In this document: positions 18,782 to 26,127 of the stretch, piece after piece
Layout of the letters: every line of letters begins with the position of its first letter
Numbering within the stretch: the stretch's first letter is position 1
From: Candidatus Woesearchaeota archaeon
Lineage (GTDB): Archaea; Nanobdellota; Nanobdellia; SCGC-AAA011-G17; GW2011-AR17
Direction: 5' to 3'
DNA: 27,049 nucleotides
Assembly (NCBI GenBank): GCA_964485975.1
Contig: CAZAKS010000001.1
Span: forward strand, 1 to 27,049
Made by a program: the position numbers and the translations under genes
Notes under the pieces: generated by a model
The model's database searches: none
What the model saw: the letters and a program-made list of their open reading frames with translations, nothing else
Told to the model about the DNA's origin: nothing

Positions 18782-19249
18782 ATGAATCCAAAACATGCCC
18801 ATTATGTTGCAGTTACTGGAGTGGTTGTAAAAGATGGAAAGTTCTTGATCACTAAAAGGGCAGCTAATGAAGATTTCTTTGCTGACAAATGGACTATTCC
18901 TGGTGGTAAAATTGAAACTAGTGATTATATTAATAGGCCGACTAAAACAGAGAAACAATGGTATAATGTATTTGAAGATGCATTAAGAAGAGAGATAATG
19001 GAAGAGGTGGGTTTGTTGATAAGTAATATCAAATATCTTACTAATCTTACATTTATTAGGAAGGATAATGTTCCAGTTGTAGTAGTTAGTTTGTATGCTG
19101 ACCATATGGAAGGAAGTGTTAAATTATCTAGTGAGTTAAGTGAATATGCTTGGGTAGATATAAATGAAGCAAGAAATTATAATTTTATTGAAGGAATTTA
19201 TGAAGAATTGGTGTTGTTGGATAAAGTTTTGAAAAAGGAAAATCTTTAG
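18782..19249 (+). CDS. NUDIX hydrolase
   Basis: PGGKIE...EDALRREIMEEVGL Nudix box with an insertion; SELSEYAWV. Confidence 0.9.
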   Translation: MNPKHAHYVAVTGVVVKDGKFLITKRAANEDFFADKWTIPGGKIETSDYINRPTKTEKQWYNVFEDALRREIMEEVGLLISNIKYLTNLTFIRKDNVPVVVVSLYADHMEGSVKLSSELSEYAWVDINEARNYNFIEGIYEELVLLDKVLKKENL

Positions 19250-19312
19250 TTTTTGCTTAAATCTTTTAATTCTTATTAAATCTAATACTTTTTATCAAAA
19301 ATTAAAAGTTTT

Positions 19313-19414
19313 ATTTATTGAATAAGCAATATATCTAACATTCTATATATAGATCAACAAATATATTTTAGATACAATATATAGTTTATACAATATATAA
19401 TTTTAAAAAGATAT
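19313..19414. repeat. ATATAT array with exact 16-bp spacing upstream of the PadR gene
   Basis: ATATAT at 19329, 19345, 19361, 19377 and 19393; one-mismatch copies at 19313 and 19409. ATACAATATATA is repeated at 19372 and 19388. Confidence 0.6.
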
Positions 19415-19430
19415 TTTACACAAAATAAGT

Positions 19431-19742
19431 ATGGCAACCAAGACACCGAGAGTCCTCTCATTGAGGGGATTCTTAGCCTTTCAAATACTTCATGAACTGA
19501 AGAGAAAGAGACTCTGTGGGGATGAACTAGCTGAAAATATAGGAAAGAAAAAAGGTTCAAAACTAACACCTGGAACTATATATCCTACTTTGAAATATCT
19601 TAGAAAAAAGAAATTACTGACGAGAAAGAAGGCAGGAAGGAAGAAAATCTATGATTTAACAGAAAAAGGAGTAGAAGAGTACAAGCTTTTCAAAAAAGCA
19701 TTTATTAAAATATTCAAAGATATTTACAACAAAAAGATTTAA
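19431..19742 (+). CDS. PadR-family winged-helix transcriptional regulator
   Basis: ILHELK...GDELAE...LTPGTIYPTLKYL...RKKIYDLTEKG. Confidence 0.9.
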   Translation: MATKTPRVLSLRGFLAFQILHELKRKRLCGDELAENIGKKKGSKLTPGTIYPTLKYLRKKKLLTRKKAGRKKIYDLTEKGVEEYKLFKKAFIKIFKDIYNKKI

Positions 19743-19778
19743 GCAATTCTTAAATGTTTTATAATCAAAAACTTTTGA

Positions 19779-20117
19779 TCATTTCTTAATATTTCTTATT
19801 TTATTTTTAGTATCTTCTATTTTATTCAAATAGTGTTCAGGTAGAATTAGCTCTTTTTCTTCTTTCTCATTAAGTATTTCTAAGAACTCTTTTTCTGCTT
19901 TTCTTAGTTCATAGAATAAAGATAGATAAGAGTCAGAATCTGCTAGGATCTTCTTTCTTATTTGCTCAATATTAGACATTGCCTTATCAAGCTTTTTCAT
20001 GAAAACAGACTCAGGAGTTACTGGTTTATGCATACCTGTAACATCTTTATCTACAGGATTAGGTACTCTCCAAGGGCTGTTTTTCAGCTTTTCAAGCCTA
20101 TCTCTCATTGATTCCAT
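19779..20117 (-). CDS. Hypothetical protein
   Basis: 112-aa ORF with AGGA upstream; helical C-terminus. Confidence 0.6.
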   Translation of the reverse strand: MESMRDRLEKLKNSPWRVPNPVDKDVTGMHKPVTPESVFMKKLDKAMSNIEQIRKKILADSDSYLSLFYELRKAEKEFLEILNEKEEKELILPEHYLNKIEDTKNKIRNIKK

Positions 20118-20209
20118 ATCCTATAAAATCACAAAGGATTTAATAAACTTTTATGTGATAAACAATCAATTTACAGAATATTTATAAGGAAAAAAGGTAT
20201 TGAAATATT

Positions 20210-20845
20210 ATGAATATTGATTTTGGTTTATTTGCAGTAGAATTAGCAACCTTAGAGAGGAATTTTGCTGAGTTCTATGAGGAAGTTAAAGGTTCTGGGA
20301 ATTCAACAGTTATAAATGCTATATGGAGAATCCAAGGATCTATTGAATATTTAAGATCTATTAATAAATCTAATTTTGCAAAAAATCATGAACCTATAAT
20401 GTTATCTTTAGAATCTATGAGATTATCAGTTGAGATAATAATAACTGAAGTTGGAAAACCAGGAAATACTAATTTCTTTTTGAGAGTTGTAAATGGTTTA
20501 ATTATTGGTATGGGTGGAAGTGAAAAGAGTCAGGTTGGGACTCTTTCAGTTGAATTAAAAGATGAGCTTATTGCTATTCAAACACAGTATAGTGCAATAC
20601 AATTAGGAAATCATGTTCAAGAATCAGATGCTAAGTTTTTTAGTTTAAGTAAATTTGAACAAATATTAACTAAACAGAATTTAAGTTTAGTAGAATTGAA
20701 TGATTTAGGAGAATCATTAAGATATTTCAGTAATATTTCAAGGGGTTTGAAGGGTGCAGTTGTTGGAATTGAAATTATTGAGACTCATGCTAAAGCTGGA
20801 TTAGTAATACTAACAAAAATAATAAAATTGATGCCTAAAGAGTAG
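20210..20845 (+). CDS. Hypothetical all-helical protein
   Basis: 211-aa ORF with no recognised motif. Confidence 0.65.
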   Translation: MNIDFGLFAVELATLERNFAEFYEEVKGSGNSTVINAIWRIQGSIEYLRSINKSNFAKNHEPIMLSLESMRLSVEIIITEVGKPGNTNFFLRVVNGLIIGMGGSEKSQVGTLSVELKDELIAIQTQYSAIQLGNHVQESDAKFFSLSKFEQILTKQNLSLVELNDLGESLRYFSNISRGLKGAVVGIEIIETHAKAGLVILTKIIKLMPKE

Positions 20846-20974
20846 GTATTTTAGTACAAATATAGTGAAAGAAGTAATTCTTTTATATTTGAGCATTACA
20901 GGGCTTAATTCTAAAGACTAGATATAATATACATTCAGGGAAGTTTTATATATTAGTTTGGAGTGTATAGTGTT

Positions 20975-21796
20975 ATGGATTATTTGAATAAATTAGAGGT
21001 GGAATTAAAAATTAGAGGGATGAGTAAGAATACTATTGAAACTTATGTCTTCCATGTTAGGAACTTTTTAGATTATGTAAATAAGCACCCTTCAAGAATT
21101 ATTGAAGATGATGTTAAGAGGTATCAGGCATATTTAATGTATGATAAAAAAATTAAATCTAGAACAATAAATATAATCTTGAGTTCATTGAAGTTCTTTT
21201 TTGGTGAGATTTTAGGTAATGATATTACAGCTAGAATCAAAAGACCCAAATTTGAGAAGAAAATACCAATTACCTTGTCTAAAAAGGAGATTAAAAACCT
21301 TTTAGAAACGATTAAAAACATTAAGCATAGAATTTTACTTGAGTTAATGGTTTCCAGTGGGTTAAGGGTTTCTGAAGCTGTTGCCTTGAAAGTAGAAGAT
21401 ATTGATTTTGATGAAAAGACAGTCCATATTAAGTCAGGGAAAGGAAATAAGGATAGAAAGACAATTATTTCTAGTTCTATTTTGAAGTTGATTAATGAGT
21501 ATCTAGATTCTAGGAAAAGAGATTCTGAGTATTTATTTGAGAAAAAGGAAGGACATATTGGGGTTAAACTCCCTCAATTAATAGTTAAAGAAGCTGCAAA
21601 GAAGGCGAAGATTAGGAAGAAAGTATCTTGTCATAATCTTAGGCATTCATTTGCTACTCATCTCCTTAATGAAGGAGTAGATATAAGGTTAATTCAGGTT
21701 CTTTTAGGACATTCAGATATATCAACAACCCAAATTTATACACAAGTGAGTACAGAACAGATAAAGAAAATTAAGAATCCTTTTGAAGAGATTTAA
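20975..21796 (+). CDS. Xer-type tyrosine recombinase (XerA-like)
   Basis: N-terminal SAM-like domain; intact catalytic set GLRVSE (R), KGNK (K), HNLRH, LLGH and TTQIY. GGAG upstream of ATG 20975. Confidence 0.9.
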   Translation: MDYLNKLEVELKIRGMSKNTIETYVFHVRNFLDYVNKHPSRIIEDDVKRYQAYLMYDKKIKSRTINIILSSLKFFFGEILGNDITARIKRPKFEKKIPITLSKKEIKNLLETIKNIKHRILLELMVSSGLRVSEAVALKVEDIDFDEKTVHIKSGKGNKDRKTIISSSILKLINEYLDSRKRDSEYLFEKKEGHIGVKLPQLIVKEAAKKAKIRKKVSCHNLRHSFATHLLNEGVDIRLIQVLLGHSDISTTQIYTQVSTEQIKKIKNPFEEI

Positions 21797-22413
21797 TCTA
21801 ATTCTTCTTGATTAACATCTTCTTTTTTATTAGAATTCTTAGATTTTTTTGCCTTTTTTGTTGGTTTTATTTGAAAATATTTCCTCTTATCTTGTTTCAA
21901 ACAAACATAAGCATACTTACCTATTCTTTTCTTTAAGATATATCCATCTAATTCTAACTTTATTACTAATTGAGAAATTTGTGATCTTGATTTTTCATAA
22001 TCCTTCTCGGGGTACAACTCTATTGCTAAGGCCTTTAGTGCTACCCAGTCTCCCTTTTCATTGTGTAAAGAACCAAGAATTCTACATGCTCTTCTTTCAG
22101 CTATAGACATATGGATGATTGGGCTTTCTTCTTGTGAAGTTTCTTTTTCTTCTACTCTTTCGATTTCTTCTACTCTTTCTGGCATTGGAGTAGCTGCTAA
22201 GATTTGTTCTAGTTTTTCAATTCTATCTAAAAGAGATTGGTGATTATTTGTATGTTCTTCATGTTTTTTATTGTGATCAGTATGTGTACTTTTGAAGTGG
22301 TTTATCCAACTAGAAATATGATTCATATCGTGTTTAATATTAGAAAATGAATTTTTAATTGCTTCAGGATCTACCTGATTATCACTTCTTTTTTTGAATA
22401 GCCACCAGACCAT
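21793..22413 (-). CDS. Coiled-coil + C-terminal winged-helix protein A
   Basis: N-terminal AIKNSFSNIKHDM; C-terminal MSIAERRACRIL...LKALAIEL...RSQISQLVIKLELDGYILKKRIGKYAYV has a wHTH-like pattern. Confidence 0.75.
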   Translation of the reverse strand: MVWWLFKKRSDNQVDPEAIKNSFSNIKHDMNHISSWINHFKSTHTDHNKKHEEHTNNHQSLLDRIEKLEQILAATPMPERVEEIERVEEKETSQEESPIIHMSIAERRACRILGSLHNEKGDWVALKALAIELYPEKDYEKSRSQISQLVIKLELDGYILKKRIGKYAYVCLKQDKRKYFQIKPTKKAKKSKNSNKKEDVNQEELD

Positions 22414-22472
22414 TCTTTATTGAGTGTTGTTTTTATTTATTAATGTTTTGGATTGTTTATTTTTTGTCAATG

Positions 22473-22532
22473 ATTGTCAAGTTACGTTAGTATAACGTCA
22501 ACTGAAACGTTAGACGACAAAAACTTGACAAT
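22473..22532. repeat. Perfect 11-bp inverted repeat enclosing three phased ACGT motifs
   Basis: ATTGTCAAGTT (22473-22483) and AACTTGACAAT (22522-22532); ACGT at 22484, 22495 and 22507. Confidence 0.8.
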
Positions 22533-22660
22533 AAATATACAATAATTATCGACGATAGAAGTAAAAATCAATAAAATAAAGAAATAATACTCTAAAATAA
22601 GCAAATTTAAGCTAAAAAAGGCAAAAGTGAGAGTTAGAATAGGTGTGCATAAGCAATGAA

Positions 22661-22693
22661 TAAGTGCACAAGATGTGTCCAGGATGTGTTTAA
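22661..22693. repeat. 33-bp repeat block, copy A (downstream of wHTH gene B)
   Basis: 31/33 identical to 23442-23474, including an identical 22-bp core GATGTGTCCAGGATGTGTTTAA. Confidence 0.9.
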
Positions 22694-22750
22694 ACAATAA
22701 AAAGAGACAAAATAAAGCTAAAATAAGCTTATTTTTACTAAAGTGAGAGT

Positions 22751-23386
22751 TTAGAAGCTATCATTTAGCTTTTTTTGAGTAGGATCTAGGTTATAGAAAG
22801 TATTTACAAGCTTCTTCTTAATATTAAGTGAGCGTATTTCAGGAGGAATAGATAAGATAATAACTTTATTATTATACTTAGATTTAAGCACGGGAAGACC
22901 TTTTTTAATCAATCCAGAAACATAAGTTCTTACACAACCAGAGGTTATTTTAAGGTTTTGTCCGACGTCGTCGTATGTTACCTTGGAAATCTCTTCTTCT
23001 AATTGATATATAGTCAGGAAGGTTAAGAATTCTTGCTTTGAAAGTCTTGAAAGAATGCTTGGAAGGTTCTCCTGGAGCTCTTGAATATTAAGTGAATAAC
23101 CATCTAGTGAATAACCAGGAAGTGAATAACCATCTAATGAAACCCCTTTATTTCCACTGGAGTCTTCATTTTTAAGTGATGAATCCAGTAAATTTTGGGG
23201 TTTTAGGTCTTCTAAAGCCCTAATTTGGCTATTTTGGTCTTTAAGTTGAGTCATAAGTGTGAGAAGTTGCTTATTTTGCTCTATTATGAAGTCTCTATTA
23301 GCTTTTACTTCCTGTTCCAATGTAGCAATATGGGCTTTTACCCTCGAGAAAGCATCTTTTATTGCATCTTCTTTAGAATCAACCAT
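22751..23386 (-). CDS. Coiled-coil + repeat linker + C-terminal winged-helix protein B
   Basis: N-terminal AIKDAFSRVKAHI; linker SLDGY-SLPGY-SLDGY; C-terminal LSKQEFLTFLTIYQLEE...TYDDVGQNLKITSGCVRTYVSGLIKKG has a wHTH-like pattern. Confidence 0.8.
   Translation of the reverse strand: MVDSKEDAIKDAFSRVKAHIATLEQEVKANRDFIIEQNKQLLTLMTQLKDQNSQIRALEDLKPQNLLDSSLKNEDSSGNKGVSLDGYSLPGYSLDGYSLNIQELQENLPSILSRLSKQEFLTFLTIYQLEEEISKVTYDDVGQNLKITSGCVRTYVSGLIKKGLPVLKSKYNNKVIILSIPPEIRSLNIKKKLVNTFYNLDPTQKKLNDSF
23091..23135. repeat. 3 x 15-bp tandem repeat inside gene B
   Basis: AGTGAATAACCATCT / AGTGAATAACCAGGA / AGTGAATAACCATCT. Confidence 0.9.
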
Positions 23387-23407
23387 TTAGTAACCCTCAA
23401 TAGGCTA

Positions 23408-23520
23408 ATGTGAGTGAATAATATAAAAAAGTTTATGTGTTTAAGTGCATAGGATGTGTCCAGGATGTGTTTAAGATGTGCATAATGAGTGAATAAGTGC
23501 CCAATGAATGTTTAATGAGT
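23408..23520. repeat. Iteron-like array upstream of gene B (includes repeat block copy B, 23442-23474)
   Basis: ATGTG at 23408, 23435, 23454, 23465 and 23476 (last three 11 bp apart); TGAGTGAATAA at 23411 and 23486; ATGAGT at 23485 and 23515. Confidence 0.85.
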
Positions 23521-23558
23521 CTTTTTATACAAAGAAAGTAAAAAGAAATAAAAAATAA

Positions 23559-24017
23559 TTAACCAATATACTCTTCTGCCTTTTTCTCTGAAGGTGTTTT
23601 CTCAGAGTCTGCAGGTTGGATCATTGGTAATCTAATGTGTGGTGGCAAACCTAGCTCTTGACCTAATAATAATGCCTTAATGTTACATCTTAAAAGAACA
23701 TTATTCATTATTAATTGGGTGGCTTTAGGTTCAAATTTTTTGGTTTTTTTCCATTCTCCAATCATTTTTATTAATTTGTCTTTTTCTTCTAAAAACATCA
23801 AATGGCCTTCTATCAATATTTCTGCTTGTTTTGGAGCATATCTTACAGAAAACTCATAATCCACCTTCATTACAGTTTGGGTTTGATCTCCACTTAATGG
23901 AATTTCTTCTTGTTTAATATCTACAATCTTCATCCCAGTATCTATATTTAAGGGGGCCTCTAATGGTTTTTTTCGTTCAACATGGAACTTATCAAAATTA
24001 AATCCTACTACTGGCAT
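23559..24017 (-). CDS. Hypothetical protein, possibly SecB-like fold
   Basis: MPVVGFNFDKFHVER...YEFSVRYAP...ILIEGHL...NNVLLRCNIKALLLGQELGLPPHIRLP. Four beta-strands followed by helices is reminiscent of SecB (inference). Confidence 0.6.
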   Translation of the reverse strand: MPVVGFNFDKFHVERKKPLEAPLNIDTGMKIVDIKQEEIPLSGDQTQTVMKVDYEFSVRYAPKQAEILIEGHLMFLEEKDKLIKMIGEWKKTKKFEPKATQLIMNNVLLRCNIKALLLGQELGLPPHIRLPMIQPADSEKTPSEKKAEEYIG

Positions 24018-24071
24018 TTATATCACCAATGTTCAAGAAATTTGGAGATTATATAAAGATTATGGTTCTTA

Positions 24072-25751
24072 TCACATCTCTTTTAGGGCTTTTAAACCTA
24101 GTAAATTTAATGTATTTGCTAGAACTTGCTTTGTGGACTTAACTAAGAGGGTCCTTGCCTTTGTAAGCTCTTTATCTTCAGTAATACATTTATGAGTATT
24201 ATAAAAATTATTAAATGCATGAGAAAGTTCTATTGCATATTTAGCTATGTGGAAAGGTTTGTATTCTTTTGCCCCTTTTTCTACTATTTCTGGGAAGATC
24301 CCTAATATATTAAGTAGATTTGTTTCCTCTGGTTGATCCAATAGGGCTAAATTTGCTTTTGTTGAAGCTTTTGTTTTCTTTAGTATTGAACATGCCCTTG
24401 CATGAGAATATAAAATATATGGACCTGTATCTCCCTCAAATGCCATTGCTTGTTTTTGGTCAAAAATTATTGGTTTATTGTTATCTTGGAAGATCATACT
24501 GAACTTCAAGGAGGTTATTGCTATTCCCTTTGCTGTTTCTTTTATTTTTTTAGCTGTCCATTCTGGATGTCTTAACTTTGTTTCATTTGTTGCATAATCT
24601 AATAACTCATCTCTTAGATCTGAATAGAGTATGTTGACTCCAGTTCTTGAAGACATCTTTCCAGAAGGCAATCTTACCTCATCAAATGAAAGGTGGAATG
24701 AATCTTTTGCTTGTTTAAATTTCATTAAGTGTAAAACCTTGAATAGTTGTTGGAAATGTAGTGCTTGTGCTTTTCCGACTATATATACTGAATTATCTAT
24801 TTTGAATTTATTGAATTTTTTTTCTGCAAGAGCTAAGTCCTTTGCTGAATATAGTATTGTTCCATCTCTTCTTAATAGTACCCAAACCCCCAATTTATCT
24901 AGTTCTACTATTGTAGCTCCGTCACTGATTTTTGCTATTTTATCTTTTAGAAGTTGGTTAACTATTTCTTTTCCCTTCTTTTCCATCTCCCTCTCAAAAA
25001 AGAAATGATCAAAATGTGCATCTAGCTCTTTGTAGATTCTATTGAATTCATCTAATGACCATTTTCTTGATTTTTTCCAAAGGGATTTTAATTCCTTGCT
25101 TTTATTGTGTTCTAAGTTATAGTTTATTTTTTCTACTTCTTCTTTTAGTTCTGGTTTATCTTTTAGTTTTTTTACTGAGTTGACATATATTTTTGCTAGC
25201 CATTGGCCTTCTTTTCCTTTTGGAGGTGTACCATTTGAGTATTTTTTATAATACCAAAGCCACTTTGCTACATGTGCCCCAGTATCTCCTTGGTAGTTTG
25301 CTTGGATTACTTGGTAACCATTGAACTTTAAGATTCTAGCTAATGACTCCCCTAAGGATGTTCCCCTTAAGTGACCTACATGAAATGCTTTGTGGGTGTT
25401 TGCTTGGCAGTATTCTACCATTACTTTCTTTTTCTTTTTTTTATGAGAACCATATTTGTTTTTTTCTTTTTGGATTTTTTCTATTATTGATTTATTCTTT
25501 AACTTTAAGTCAATAAAAAAGTTAAGGTATGGGCCAATATTGAGTATTTTCTCTATTGGGGAGAGTGGTTTGATTTTATTCTTTAGCTCTTTTGCTATTG
25601 ACTTTGGATCTTTTTTGTATGATTTTGAGAGAGTGAAGCAAGGTAATGCGTAATCCCCCATTTCTGGATTTGGTGGAACTTCTAGTAATTTGTCGTCGAA
25701 ACCCTTTATTTCTTTTTTTAGAAGTTTTATTATTTCTTTTTTGAAATCCAT
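24072..25751 (-). CDS. argS: Arginine--tRNA ligase
   Basis: GDYALPCF, GPYLNF, ANTHKAFHVGHLR (HIGH), KMSSR, FEGDTGPYILYSHAR and DALR-like anticodon domain. Confidence 0.96.
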   Translation of the reverse strand: MDFKKEIIKLLKKEIKGFDDKLLEVPPNPEMGDYALPCFTLSKSYKKDPKSIAKELKNKIKPLSPIEKILNIGPYLNFFIDLKLKNKSIIEKIQKEKNKYGSHKKKKKKVMVEYCQANTHKAFHVGHLRGTSLGESLARILKFNGYQVIQANYQGDTGAHVAKWLWYYKKYSNGTPPKGKEGQWLAKIYVNSVKKLKDKPELKEEVEKINYNLEHNKSKELKSLWKKSRKWSLDEFNRIYKELDAHFDHFFFEREMEKKGKEIVNQLLKDKIAKISDGATIVELDKLGVWVLLRRDGTILYSAKDLALAEKKFNKFKIDNSVYIVGKAQALHFQQLFKVLHLMKFKQAKDSFHLSFDEVRLPSGKMSSRTGVNILYSDLRDELLDYATNETKLRHPEWTAKKIKETAKGIAITSLKFSMIFQDNNKPIIFDQKQAMAFEGDTGPYILYSHARACSILKKTKASTKANLALLDQPEETNLLNILGIFPEIVEKGAKEYKPFHIAKYAIELSHAFNNFYNTHKCITEDKELTKARTLLVKSTKQVLANTLNLLGLKALKEM

Positions 25752-25786
25752 TTTAATTTATTTGTTATATTTGTTTATAAGTTTTA

Positions 25787-25837
25787 CCTGGCGGACGCCT
25801 TTGATAGGGAGGGGGCGAGATTCGCGTTATAGCGCCA
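25787..25837. other. GC-rich, self-complementary 51-nt element between divergent genes
   Basis: 32/51 G+C in an AT-rich background; TGGCG/CGCCA ends pair; internal CGCCTTT/GGGGGCG stem. Confidence 0.35.
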
Positions 25838-25872
25838 TAAAATATTTAAAGGAGTTTTGATACTTTTTTTAG

Positions 25873-26127
25873 ATGAGTAAGATTAGTGATAATGGAATTG
25901 AAAGAATTCAATCAAATATTTTAAGAATTATTTATGATGAAGCCCCAAGTTCTATTTCTGCAAATAGAATTTCTGAGATAGAGATTAGAGATAAACAATT
26001 CATTCTTCGTCTATTAAAAGATCTTGAAAGGAAAAAATTAGTAAAGAATGTTAGAAGAAACTTTACTAGGAAAAGTTTTTGGGTTATGACTGATCGTGCC
26101 TATAAAAAATATGATGAATTATTGTAG
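25873..26127 (+). CDS. Small winged-helix-like hypothetical protein
   Basis: 84 aa; ILRIIYD...ISANRISEIEIRDKQFILRLLKDLERKKLV. TATA-like TTTAAA about 24 nt upstream. Confidence 0.7.
   Translation: MSKISDNGIERIQSNILRIIYDEAPSSISANRISEIEIRDKQFILRLLKDLERKKLVKNVRRNFTRKSFWVMTDRAYKKYDELL

Noticed and set aside
20918-20957. Imperfect inverted repeat upstream of the recombinase as its target site
   Set aside because: About 16-bp spacer and low-complexity TA arms overlapping the likely TATA box; not Xer-site geometry.
11561-20968. Shared 10-mer TGGAGTGTAT at 11561 and 20959
   Set aside because: A single short match in opposite functional contexts; compatible with chance.
20975-21796. Integron integrase with a cassette array
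   Set aside because: No IntI-specific insertion before the HxLRH box (YLFEK...KVSCHNLRH is Xer length), and no repeated attC-like sites between neighbouring genes.
19431-21796. Integrated mobile element (PadR + hypotheticals + integrase)
   Set aside because: No att repeats, tRNA target, or replication, transfer or virion genes found; the recombinase looks chromosomal Xer-type.
23416-23443. dif-like site (GAATAATATAA-AAAAGT-TTATGTGTTTA)
   Set aside because: Arms match at only 7/11 and the sequence is better explained as the BRE/TATA of gene B on the minus strand.
22620-23530. CRISPR array
   Set aside because: Repeats are short, irregular and not separated by unique spacers of constant length; no cas genes in the window.
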